Shown here piece after piece: positions 56,457 through 64,000 of a stretch of 64,000 nucleotides of DNA. Made by a program: the position numbers and the translations under genes. The notes beneath the pieces were generated by a model. That model saw only the letters and a list, made by a program, of their open reading frames with translations, did not search any database and was not told where the DNA came from. The number at the start of each line of letters is the position of its first letter. Position 1 is the first letter of the stretch. The stretch comes from a virus, in IMG/VR virus record IMGVR_UViG_3300034175_000017, positions 1 through 64,000 of that record, one strand, 5' to 3'.

Positions 56457-56818
56457 TGTGGTAACGCCGATCCTGTTGGCTTCGCGGCCTGCTTGGCACG
56501 AATCTTCTGCATGATAAGTGGGTTAGAGATACGCTTCATTTCGGTGTTAGCAGCACCATTAAGATTGATATTGTTGGCGTTGCACAGAGCAGCAAGAGTA
56601 ATCATCACACCGCCTACCTCTTGCACAGGATTTCCAGTAGGACGATCAAACACATAGTCCACCAGTGCATGAGCACGCTCACGCGTGAACTCTGGCGTGG
56701 TCTGTGCCAGTTCCAACGCCTCTTCGGTAAAGCGGTCAGCACGTTCTAGCGTGTCACTACTAATAGCTCGACCAAAACAAATGTCTGTCCATGCTTTCAC
56801 TCGGGTCTGTAAGGTCAT
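56453..56818 (-). CDS. MazG-like NTP pyrophosphohydrolase
   Basis: RFTEEALEL...QEVGGVMITLAAL all-alpha NTP-PPase pattern. Confidence 0.7.
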   Translation of the reverse strand: MTLQTRVKAWTDICFGRAISSDTLERADRFTEEALELAQTTPEFTRERAHALVDYVFDRPTGNPVQEVGGVMITLAALCNANNINLNGAANTEMKRISNPLIMQKIRAKQAAKPTGSALPQ

Positions 56819-57597
56819 AGAAAGAACTCCGTCAATCGTTGGTGTGCGGCCATTCGGTTAAGCTCGCCATTCTTAATGCCGCCCTCAAGCTCATCGTCTG
56901 GCACGTCCTCAAAGTAGGTGACAGTCAGCATGGCTTGGAGCAGGTTCACGTTCTCTTGGTCTTGGAGCCAAGCGATAACTCCGGGCTTGAAGGGTAGCCC
57001 AACAAACCCCGCAGGATTTCCTTGGGCAATGGCCCGCTCGATCTGCGCCCAATGATCTTCCATCGCCTCCCACCGCTTGTGTCCGAAGTTGGGGATGCCT
57101 TTAATGTTGTCGCTGGTGTCACCGTTCATCGCCTTGTAGAGAGGAACCCACCGCGCTGGCACGCCCTTGGTGTTGACACCAACGAGGGTGACACCCGGTA
57201 GGTGCGCGAGTTGCGCGTAGTCCATATCATTAGAGTGTATATTGACGGGAACGCCCTTACTGGAAAGTCGTCGGGTGAGTGTGCTGATAACATCATCTGC
57301 TTCCCATCCATAGACTTCGACCTGTGTTGCGGTGGACATGGTGAGTATCTCTTTCCAGAGCTTCACCTGTGCGAATACGTCCATAGCCGCAGGCTCGCGG
57401 TTGGTCTTGTAGAGCGGGTAGATCGCCTGACGGCGCTCGTTGTGCTTATACCCATCCCACACCCAAATCTCGGTGCCTTTAGGCTTGGCAATGGTGGCCT
57501 CGTAGCGTTGGCGAAGCGTCATTGGTGAGGCTGGCCCCACCTGCTGCTTCTCCATTGCCCGACGCATGACGTTGTTGCCGTCATAAAGGTTAATCAT
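56815..57597 (-). CDS. 5'-3' exonuclease / flap endonuclease (RNase H)
   Basis: DGNN, WDG, YKTNR, EADD, SNDMD, GDTSDNIKGIP.FG. Confidence 0.92.
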   Translation of the reverse strand: MINLYDGNNVMRRAMEKQQVGPASPMTLRQRYEATIAKPKGTEIWVWDGYKHNERRQAIYPLYKTNREPAAMDVFAQVKLWKEILTMSTATQVEVYGWEADDVISTLTRRLSSKGVPVNIHSNDMDYAQLAHLPGVTLVGVNTKGVPARWVPLYKAMNGDTSDNIKGIPNFGHKRWEAMEDHWAQIERAIAQGNPAGFVGLPFKPGVIAWLQDQENVNLLQAMLTVTYFEDVPDDELEGGIKNGELNRMAAHQRLTEFFL

Positions 57598-57772
57598 CGG
57601 TCTTCTCCGCATCTTCCACCACTTCACGTTGCATGACGATACGATGGCTAGGCTGTGGAGAGTTAGCGAGGGTCGCCACTACCTGATAACCCTCACGACC
57701 AAGCTCGTTGAGAGCACGTTCGGTAGGAGACTGCACGATCTTAAACTCGAACCAAGGCATAGGTCTCTCCAA
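57590..57772 (-). CDS. DUF4177-like small protein
   Basis: FEFKIV...LNELGREGYQVV. Confidence 0.65.
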   Translation of the reverse strand: MERPMPWFEFKIVQSPTERALNELGREGYQVVATLANSPQPSHRIVMQREVVEDAEKTDD

Positions 57773-57806
57773 GAAAAAAAGGGGAGGGAGTTGCCCCCCT
57801 CCCCTT
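57772..57806 (-). terminator. Intrinsic terminator after the SSB gene
   Basis: AAGGGGAGGG..CCCTCCCCTT stem with T-run on the minus strand. Confidence 0.8.
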
Positions 57807-57828
57807 CAAGGACGTAAGGGATTGAACC

Positions 57829-58485
57829 TTACGAAGTTGCTTCACCGATCAGGACGAACTCAACGACGCCCCACTCGTTGCCCTTGGAATTGACCTGACC
57901 CTTGTGGCGGATGGTCACATCCACGGTCGAGTTCTGCAAGCCCTTCTTGCGAAGCTCGTTGTAGAACTTCGTCCAGAACTTCACGCCGGTAATCGCCGGG
58001 GTGATGCCGATGCGCTGGCCCTCGGAGACGCCGCCTGCATCTGCAAGCAACTCGGCAGGGATTTCGACAGTCTGATAAGGACCGTCCACCTTGTCGTTCT
58101 GAGCGCGAAGCTGAGCAGTGGCCTGCTCAAAGTTCTGACCCTGCGAGGTCATGCGTCCGTCATACGACTTGATGAAAGTCGTCTGGCCTGCCCGGTTGGC
58201 ACGAACCGACAAGATCGGCTGCACTTCGGAAAGGTCGATACGGACGGTAGCCTCCGTGAACATCTTCGCCTTGGCATCGCCAAGACGGAAGCCGCTGTCC
58301 TTGACGGTCAGGTATTCATCAACCTGAATGCCTGCGCTGTCAGCGATGCTGTCGAGCGTGGGCCGCGAGGACTCGTTGGAAACGGCGGGAACATTGGAGG
58401 GGGTCTGAAGCGCGGGAGCCTGAAAGTTAGCCGAAGCGTCTTCGGCCTGTGACATGACGCGCTCAAGTGCAGAGGGATTAGCCAT
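57829..58485 (-). CDS. Single-stranded DNA-binding protein (putative)
   Basis: 218-aa beta-rich protein with high-expression codons in the replication module, with its own terminator. Confidence 0.55.
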   Translation of the reverse strand: MANPSALERVMSQAEDASANFQAPALQTPSNVPAVSNESSRPTLDSIADSAGIQVDEYLTVKDSGFRLGDAKAKMFTEATVRIDLSEVQPILSVRANRAGQTTFIKSYDGRMTSQGQNFEQATAQLRAQNDKVDGPYQTVEIPAELLADAGGVSEGQRIGITPAITGVKFWTKFYNELRKKGLQNSTVDVTIRHKGQVNSKGNEWGVVEFVLIGEATS

Positions 58486-58731
58486 TCTGTTTTCCTATCA
58501 AGTTTGTTGTTGGTATCGGTATCGGGTAGAAGCCTGTATTTAGGCCGAGGTGTCTGAGTTAGCAAGCCCTCCTGTTGAATGTTACCGGGTATTAGTTACC
58601 CGCCGACCATCAGATTGCACTGACAAGGGCCTTCTTCGCACACCTTGCACGACACTGGCTTGCTCAAACAGGTGCCGATGGTGCTGGCCTTGAAGCCACG
58701 CGTGCCGGTGCCTCGACAGTGAGGACAGTTC

Positions 58732-59256
58732 TTATCGCCTTTCACGGAGAATCCTTTCTTCTGTAAGCAGTTGGTTCCAAACGTGACCACGCAAGGGTGC
58801 GTAACCATCACCCATCACAGCCAGTTGCAGCCGCTTCTCTGGCAGATACACAGCAGCGAACTTGGGATCATCCGTCGCTAGGTTCGTGATGTTATCCAGA
58901 ATATCAGCATACTTGATGTTCTGTGCCTGCGGCGTGATGATGGCCAGCTTATCTCGCTGATACTTGGCACGCTGTGTGCGGTTCAAAGCAGGCTGCTTGG
59001 CATTGGTGACTTGCAACACCAGCGTAGATACCTGTGGTCCGAACCGACGCTGAATATCGAAGATGTCGTAGGGCGTATCTTCAACCACGTCATGCAGCGC
59101 ACCGGCTACGAGCGTCGTCAGGTCCACACCACGAACCATCGTGGCAAGTGTATGCACCACAGCGCGTGGATGCACGCTGTAGGGCTTGCCAGACAGCTTT
59201 CGTATCTGTCCAGCGTGTGCCTGCTCCATGAATTGAATTGCATCGCGTAGGATCAT
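58732..59256 (-). CDS. HD-domain (p)ppGpp hydrolase, SpoT/Mesh1-like small alarmone hydrolase
   Basis: AHAGQIRKLSGKPYSVHP..V...ALHDVVEDT...V.QVT...IKYADILDN. Confidence 0.88.
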   Translation of the reverse strand: MILRDAIQFMEQAHAGQIRKLSGKPYSVHPRAVVHTLATMVRGVDLTTLVAGALHDVVEDTPYDIFDIQRRFGPQVSTLVLQVTNAKQPALNRTQRAKYQRDKLAIITPQAQNIKYADILDNITNLATDDPKFAAVYLPEKRLQLAVMGDGYAPLRGHVWNQLLTEERILRERR

Positions 59257-59831
59257 AGTTGTCCTCCTAGTTCGGTGGGGAAGAGGTCCGAGAAACGAGC
59301 ACGGAACTCATGATAGGCGCGACCGGGGTCCCAACTGCCAAGATCGACGTAAGCGATATATTGATCGAACTCGACGCCGTTCAGAATGGCATGCTCTTCG
59401 GGGTTCTGGCCGCGAAGATACTTCATTTCGAGGCCGAGCATCACCCGGTCAACAAAATGCACCTGCTCCGACAGCGGGTAGACGAACTTGAAGCGGTCGG
59501 CCATCGCGGTCTCGATCTTCACTTCCAAGGTCTTGAAGAGAGGAACTGCAACCTTGAGCGGCGTCACAATGTCGTTCGTGAATGCCTCTGCGGTGTCGTG
59601 CATCAGCGCCGAGTAGCTCTGAGTAGGATCAATCGCATCCATGATGAGCGAGGCATTCACGGCGTGCTGTGCAACCGAATAGAAGTGTGGTAGCTGCCCT
59701 GCAAAGCGGCAGATGTTCGCTAGTGGGCGAGCAATGTCGTCCAGACCGACGATAGCTAGTTCAGGCTGCTCGTATGAGAAGCGTTGGCCGCTCAAGAGCG
59801 TGATGCCGTCAGTAAGTTGAAGCTGTTCCAT
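59253..59831 (-). CDS. HD-domain 5'-deoxynucleotidase (YfdR/YfbR-like)
   Basis: DIA..L..ICRFAG....YSVAQH...LMHDTAEA..DI.TPLK. Confidence 0.88.
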   Translation of the reverse strand: MEQLQLTDGITLLSGQRFSYEQPELAIVGLDDIARPLANICRFAGQLPHFYSVAQHAVNASLIMDAIDPTQSYSALMHDTAEAFTNDIVTPLKVAVPLFKTLEVKIETAMADRFKFVYPLSEQVHFVDRVMLGLEMKYLRGQNPEEHAILNGVEFDQYIAYVDLGSWDPGRAYHEFRARFSDLFPTELGGQL

Positions 59832-59853
59832 AGGTTGTCTCCGTTTTGAGGGC

Positions 59854-59883
59854 AAAAAGATAGGGGCCACTCGGCCCCTATCT
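59854..59883 (-). terminator. Intrinsic terminator after the OMP gene
   Basis: AGATAGGGGCC-ACTC-GGCCCCTATCT with T5 on the minus strand. Confidence 0.8.
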
Positions 59884-59903
59884 CTCTAACAATGTGCTAC
59901 GGC

Positions 59904-60401
59904 TTAGAACCTAAGTCCGAGGCCGACGAGTGCTTCATGACGGCCAGCGTTGCGCTGGAAGTCACTGTATCGGTATTCAATCTTGGAATACAAGCCCCGA
60001 CCGCTTGCAATTTCAGCACCGCCGCCGACGCGCAGCCCTTCAAGGGTGCGGAAGTCATTGGGTGAGCGAACGTCACGCAGTGGGCGCAGCGAGGCATAAC
60101 CTGCCGTGCCGTAGAGCAACAAGTTGTCCGAAGCAGCGACACCCAAGCGCACAGCGGCACCCAAGTCCTTGCGGTCGAACACGTTGTTGGCATTGACCTC
60201 GGCACCTACCGTCAGGCGATCACCGAGAGGCAAATCAACGCCAGCATTGGCACCGTAGTTGATCGTGCTGTCGCGGAAGCGGTTCAGATCATCCAGACCA
60301 GCCGTCACGTCGATGCGAGGGCCGGTGAAGTTGCTGTTTGGTGCGGCAACGGCAGGAGTGGCAGCAAAGAGGGCTGCAAGAACGAGAAAAAATGACTTCA
60401 T
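59904..60401 (-). CDS. Outer-membrane 8-stranded beta-barrel protein (Omp25/RopB/porin-family)
   Basis: Signal peptide, FTGPRI, G.D..GAE, LLYGTAGY, KIEYRYSD, C-terminal GLGLRF. Confidence 0.88.
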   Translation of the reverse strand: MKSFFLVLAALFAATPAVAAPNSNFTGPRIDVTAGLDDLNRFRDSTINYGANAGVDLPLGDRLTVGAEVNANNVFDRKDLGAAVRLGVAASDNLLLYGTAGYASLRPLRDVRSPNDFRTLEGLRVGGGAEIASGRGLYSKIEYRYSDFQRNAGRHEALVGLGLRF

Positions 60402-60402
60402 G

Positions 60403-60747
60403 TTATTGTTCCTTTCCAATGGCTTGTTCGATTGTCCGTATCACAACTTCATCAGCGATACGGTAGCACAGAACAGCAAGCTGTTCATAATACACACACG
60501 TCATGTCCACGATTTGGGTCATTTGTGTGCGCGTTGCGATGAAACGCACAGGTATTGTGCGATCCTTGTATAGGTCGCCGGTCTTGGGATCAACCCATTG
60601 ACCGACAGCCGGTTTCATGATGGTTAAACCACCTGAAATGTTTCTGACCTTTTCGTCCCATATCCGGTGATACCGAAGGTAAAAGGGACGACCGTCATTG
60701 CGTGTCGTGGGGACCAGTATCTCCCACAGGTAGGTGGGGTCATCCAC
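60403..60747 (-). CDS. Conserved phage hypothetical protein
   Basis: LWEILVP...H..WD..V..ISGGLTI....G.W...IPVR...YEQ.AV; GTG start overlaps the upstream stop. Confidence 0.6.
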   Translation of the reverse strand: MDDPTYLWEILVPTTRNDGRPFYLRYHRIWDEKVRNISGGLTIMKPAVGQWVDPKTGDLYKDRTIPVRFIATRTQMTQIVDMTCVYYEQLAVLCYRIADEVVIRTIEQAIGKEQ

Positions 60748-60979
60748 GGCGGCGCTTCGCAGCCTGCTTCTTGTCAACGACATTGAGGATGCCAGCGACA
60801 CCGAAGAAGGCTCCTGCAATGCCCAAGAGAATGACGACAGGACCGTAGAGCGGCAGCAACACTAGCCACCACGACCAATCAATCTTGCCGAGTAGCTTGA
60901 GGGTGACAAAGACGATGGTCAGCAGGCCAAGAAAGCCGATGCCGCCGCTCGATGCTGATGAGGTGGTAGGTGTGGTCAT
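60740..60979 (-). CDS. Small membrane protein
   Basis: GIGFLGLLTIVFVTLKLLGKIDWSWWLVLLPLY, a common phage membrane motif. Confidence 0.75.
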   Translation of the reverse strand: MTTPTTSSASSGGIGFLGLLTIVFVTLKLLGKIDWSWWLVLLPLYGPVVILLGIAGAFFGVAGILNVVDKKQAAKRRRG

Positions 60980-61611
60980 TATTTTGTTTCCTTTCGTGAT
61001 TGATTTTCGGCCCACTTGCCCTGCTCGTCGTAGTCGAAGGTGCGCTTGAACAGCGTCTTCGACGGACCATGATACATGACGATGCCCTCAGGGTTCATGA
61101 AGCCGGGGACCAGCTTGGACCCGGCGAGGCTAAGGTCGATCAGAGCGTTGTCGAACACGCCAGCGTGTGACAGGTAGCCCTCGAACAGGACAGGCACCAC
61201 GTCCACGCGGTCAGGCAGTTCAACGCCACGCCAGCGAGGATTGAAGAGGGCAAAACGCTTCTCGGTCAGACCGTAGTTGCGCTGGATGCCTGCACCATAC
61301 CACTCACCGAAGTGACGACCGGCACCGAGTGTCTCGACAAAGCCTCGCGCATTGTCAGCAACGAAACGAGCGAAGCCAGCATGATCGCCGGTCTTGCTGG
61401 TATCGAGCAGACGATTGCGGCTTCCGGCGAACACCGAATAGACCACATTTTCGTGCATAAGCACTGCTACAGCAGGCCCATACTTGATGTTAGGGGACAT
61501 CGTGTCTTCAGGGACGATGTTGATCTGTGCGTTGCTGCCGTCGATCTTCTCGCTGATCGTCCAATCGTGGCTGAAGCGGGTTAGCTTGGGGAATGGTTCA
61601 AAGGCGCTCAT
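60979..61611 (-). CDS. RNA ligase (Rnl2-like nucleotidyltransferase)
   Basis: EKIDGSN (motif I), FGEWYG.GIQ, FALFN, VVPVL, EGIV, K. Confidence 0.88.
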   Translation of the reverse strand: MSAFEPFPKLTRFSHDWTISEKIDGSNAQINIVPEDTMSPNIKYGPAVAVLMHENVVYSVFAGSRNRLLDTSKTGDHAGFARFVADNARGFVETLGAGRHFGEWYGAGIQRNYGLTEKRFALFNPRWRGVELPDRVDVVPVLFEGYLSHAGVFDNALIDLSLAGSKLVPGFMNPEGIVMYHGPSKTLFKRTFDYDEQGKWAENQSRKETK

Positions 61612-61796
61612 TGGATTTGATCCTCAGGTGTAAGTGAATGTTGAATCTCAAGGTAGAGGCGTTGCACTTCCAGTGCGGCCATTCCTACCTCACGCTCAGC
61701 GTCTTGCTGACGCTGGTATGCCTGTCCTTGCTCGAATGCGATGCCTAGCATCTCCTGTATCTTGTTGAAAACTTCTTCCATGTTCACTCCAAACAA
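61608..61796 (-). CDS. Hypothetical protein (start uncertain)
   Basis: Short helical ORF before the RNA ligase. Confidence 0.5.
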   Translation of the reverse strand: MFGVNMEEVFNKIQEMLGIAFEQGQAYQRQQDAEREVGMAALEVQRLYLEIQHSLTPEDQIQ

Positions 61797-61828
61797 AGAG
61801 GCCCACCTACATGGGGTAGGTGGGCCTC
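61791..61828 (-). terminator. Intrinsic terminator after the GH5 gene
   Basis: GAGGCCCACCTAC-ATGGG-GTAGGTGGGCCTC with TTTGTTT on the minus strand. Confidence 0.85.
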
Positions 61829-61854
61829 AAATGCACTAATAATGTGAGATGTTA

Positions 61855-63708
61855 CTAAGTAAGAGCTGCCTTGGCGGCAGTGATCTTGTCGGTCAATCCC
61901 TTGACCTGAGCATCGCGGGTTGCAACCAGCGCCTCAAGCTCCTTGATGCGAGCATCGCGGGGATCAGTCGTTGGCGGCGGCGGTGTCACAGGTGGTGGTG
62001 GAGCCGTGTCAGCGGCCAACGTGACCGAGTTCCAAGAGTCCACCCATCCGCTGTCACCCTCGGCATCGAAGGCAGTAACGCGGCCCTTGATGGGCTTGCC
62101 AAGATGCTCCGCTGGGATGGTCAGCCGTGGTGTATCGCCCGATGCCAACGTGACGCCGTTGCTGCGTGCCTCATAAAAGCGACGAACAATCGGCTGGCCG
62201 TTCCAATCGGCACCTTCGATGGTCACGTCCTTCGTGCCAGCGACGACGCTGATGTAGGTCTGCGCCTTAGCAGTAGGAACGGTGTTGGTCGTTGGAGCAA
62301 CAGGCGGCGGGGCTGGTGGGAGCGGTTCGCCTGCCATATCGGTGATCCAGTTGGAAATGGTTGTGGTCGAAGTGACCAGCCCGCCCGTCAGGTTCCCAAT
62401 GATGATGTCAGACTGCTCTTGATTGCCCGCAACCCACGACGACTGATCGTTGGTCTCGGCTACGTTGTCCAGCTTGATCGGACGCTCCACCGTGAAGGTG
62501 AAGTTACCAGCCTGCGTGATACGCACGGTGCCAGAGTTTTCGTTGGCCGGAACATATACGATGCCGGTCTTGGCAGCGAACATATCCGCAACAGACTTGG
62601 TGAAGTCCGCAGCGTTCACCGTGTTCTGATAGGTGATGGTGAACGACTGATCGACCTTGCCGTTGGCGACCTCAAACGTCAGCCCTTGGTTCTGTCCCTC
62701 GTTCAGCGTGTCGCTTCCGACGCGGCGAACAGTAAGACGGGACTCGACAGGGGTAGGCGCAATCACAACAGGCGTTCCGGGGACAGCCGTGAAGTAATTC
62801 TTGAGCAGACCGAAGGCAGACGAGTCGGCTGTTCCGGGCTTGGACAGATACAACTCGTAGTCGGCAGGCCACCAAGCACCAACGGACCATGCAGTGCCGC
62901 CGATGGTGTTCGCCACCATGTAATCGAGCATGTTCTTCTCGGCGTCCAGCCAACGTGCGTCGTTGCTAGGCACACCGAACTCACCGATCATGCCACGGAA
63001 GTTGTTGGCCTTGATCCAATCGACAAACTTCTTGAGCTTGTCCACGCCGACCATCGGGTAAGCGCCCTCGCCGTCATAGCTATACTTGTAGCTGCCGGAG
63101 CTATCCCGGTCGAGATACTGGTGAGCCTGATAGACGAGGTTGTTGGCTGGATCGTTGACGATGAACGTCGGGTCCCAAGAGTGAGCACCGGACCAGTTGT
63201 CACCCTCGATATAGATCGTGTGGGTGGTGTCCACTTCGCGGATCGCATTAATCGCAGCCTGTGCTGCAACCTTCCAAGCCGTTGCCGAGGGCATGTTGTT
63301 CGGCTCGTTCATCACGTCGTAGCCCTCAAGGGCCGGATGATTTTTCACTGCTGACGCCATCTTTCGCCAGAAGTCAGCGAGGTTGGCAGCGGTGGGTCCA
63401 CCCGTCGAGCCGATAGCGTTGCCGCCGTGGCGTGCGTAGCTGTGGTTGTCGATGAACAGGGTCATACCGAGTGTCTGTGCGTCGTTCAGCACGCGGGTCA
63501 TGAGCGCAAGCTCTGCGGTATTGAGTGGACCGTTCAGAACGTTCTGCATGCGGTCCCAAATGAACGGCAGGCGGAACCACAGGATGCCCTTGTTCTTGTA
63601 GTAGAGCAACTCGTCGTAGGTGGGGTAATGGTATTGCTGATCGTGGATGCCAGCGGTGCCGCCGAACTCGGCACCGGAAATGTTGGCGGAAATAAGCTGA
63701 TGAGCCAT
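61855..63708 (-). CDS. GH5 endoglucanase (cellulase-like) with C-terminal Ig-like modules and coiled coil
   Basis: NISGAEFG, FRLPF.W.RMQ, DNHSYAR, NEP (acid/base), HQYLD, IGEFG (nucleophile), W..G.WW. Confidence 0.92.
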   Translation of the reverse strand: MAHQLISANISGAEFGGTAGIHDQQYHYPTYDELLYYKNKGILWFRLPFIWDRMQNVLNGPLNTAELALMTRVLNDAQTLGMTLFIDNHSYARHGGNAIGSTGGPTAANLADFWRKMASAVKNHPALEGYDVMNEPNNMPSATAWKVAAQAAINAIREVDTTHTIYIEGDNWSGAHSWDPTFIVNDPANNLVYQAHQYLDRDSSGSYKYSYDGEGAYPMVGVDKLKKFVDWIKANNFRGMIGEFGVPSNDARWLDAEKNMLDYMVANTIGGTAWSVGAWWPADYELYLSKPGTADSSAFGLLKNYFTAVPGTPVVIAPTPVESRLTVRRVGSDTLNEGQNQGLTFEVANGKVDQSFTITYQNTVNAADFTKSVADMFAAKTGIVYVPANENSGTVRITQAGNFTFTVERPIKLDNVAETNDQSSWVAGNQEQSDIIIGNLTGGLVTSTTTISNWITDMAGEPLPPAPPPVAPTTNTVPTAKAQTYISVVAGTKDVTIEGADWNGQPIVRRFYEARSNGVTLASGDTPRLTIPAEHLGKPIKGRVTAFDAEGDSGWVDSWNSVTLAADTAPPPPVTPPPPTTDPRDARIKELEALVATRDAQVKGLTDKITAAKAALT

Positions 63709-63776
63709 CAAGGTTCTCCATTGTGTGTGACGTGTAGGATATAGGGCATCACACCCTACACGTCCAGAAACACAGG

Positions 63777-64000
63777 TTATATTCCGCAGGTTCCGCCGCC
63801 GGTCAGGTCACAAACGTCGTGCGTCTGCTCAACATATTCCTGACCGTCATGCTTCACTGCTTCCGAGTATGGAACAGGAGTGAGAGGCTGACCGCCACGA
63901 CTACCATCAGGGTAGCAAGTGAAGCCGCGCAGACGGTGAGCGTAGCGAGCCAAGGTAGATGCGAACTCATCGACTTTATCCTCGTTGTTCAACTCGCTGC
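63777..64000 (-). CDS. Ribonucleotide reductase, C-terminal end (class II NrdJ-like; truncated by window)
   Basis: LRGFTCYPDGSRGGQPL and C-terminal Cys pair CDLTGGGTCG. Confidence 0.85.
   Translation of the reverse strand, partial: SELNNEDKVDEFASTLARYAHRLRGFTCYPDGSRGGQPLTPVPYSEAVKHDGQEYVEQTHDVCDLTGGGTCGI

Noticed and set aside
44129-59831. Definite 2-aminoadenine (Z) or 7-deazaguanine genome
   Set aside because: No PurZ, Que or DpdA gene in the window, and apparent restriction-site avoidance argues against it. Kept only as a hypothesis.
61849-63354. 501-aa plus-strand ORF, and similar long ORFs at 10548-11801, 16034-17068, 34786-36081 and 38204-39148
   Set aside because: Each lies opposite a well-supported gene and has non-protein-like composition.
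1-64000. tRNA genes, integrase/att site, CI-type repressor
   Set aside because: No cloverleaf with T-loop GTTCGA in intergenic regions and no recombinase motifs recognised. They may lie outside the window.

Overview
The window is 64 kb of a tailed dsDNA phage genome. It looks like a siphovirus with a lambda-like GpA terminase and L/K/I/M/J tail tip, and no integrase or repressor is visible. A Sphingomonadaceae-type outer-membrane beta-barrel and the fibre-protein motifs suggest an alphaproteobacterial host (inference). Layout: (1-7.65 kb, minus) early genes, including a truncated thioredoxin-reductase-like flavoprotein and a T7 gp0.7-like protein kinase, with repeated palindromic sites. (8.1-14.2 kb, plus) an HNH nuclease and a stand-alone fibre/appendage module whose 1132-aa protein carries a nucleoside-hydrolase-fold domain. 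(14.2-17.6 kb, minus) a primase-helicase and a candidate small terminase. (17.7-44.0 kb) head and tail genes in a scrambled, partly antisense order, sharing a putative late-promoter motif GYGGTTR-N12-TTGAc. (44.1-64 kb, minus) replication, recombination and nucleotide-metabolism genes interrupted by a plus-strand lysis cassette, ending with an RNA ligase, a GH5 endoglucanase and the 3' end of a ribonucleotide reductase. All calls come from motif recognition by eye; no database searches or counts were run.
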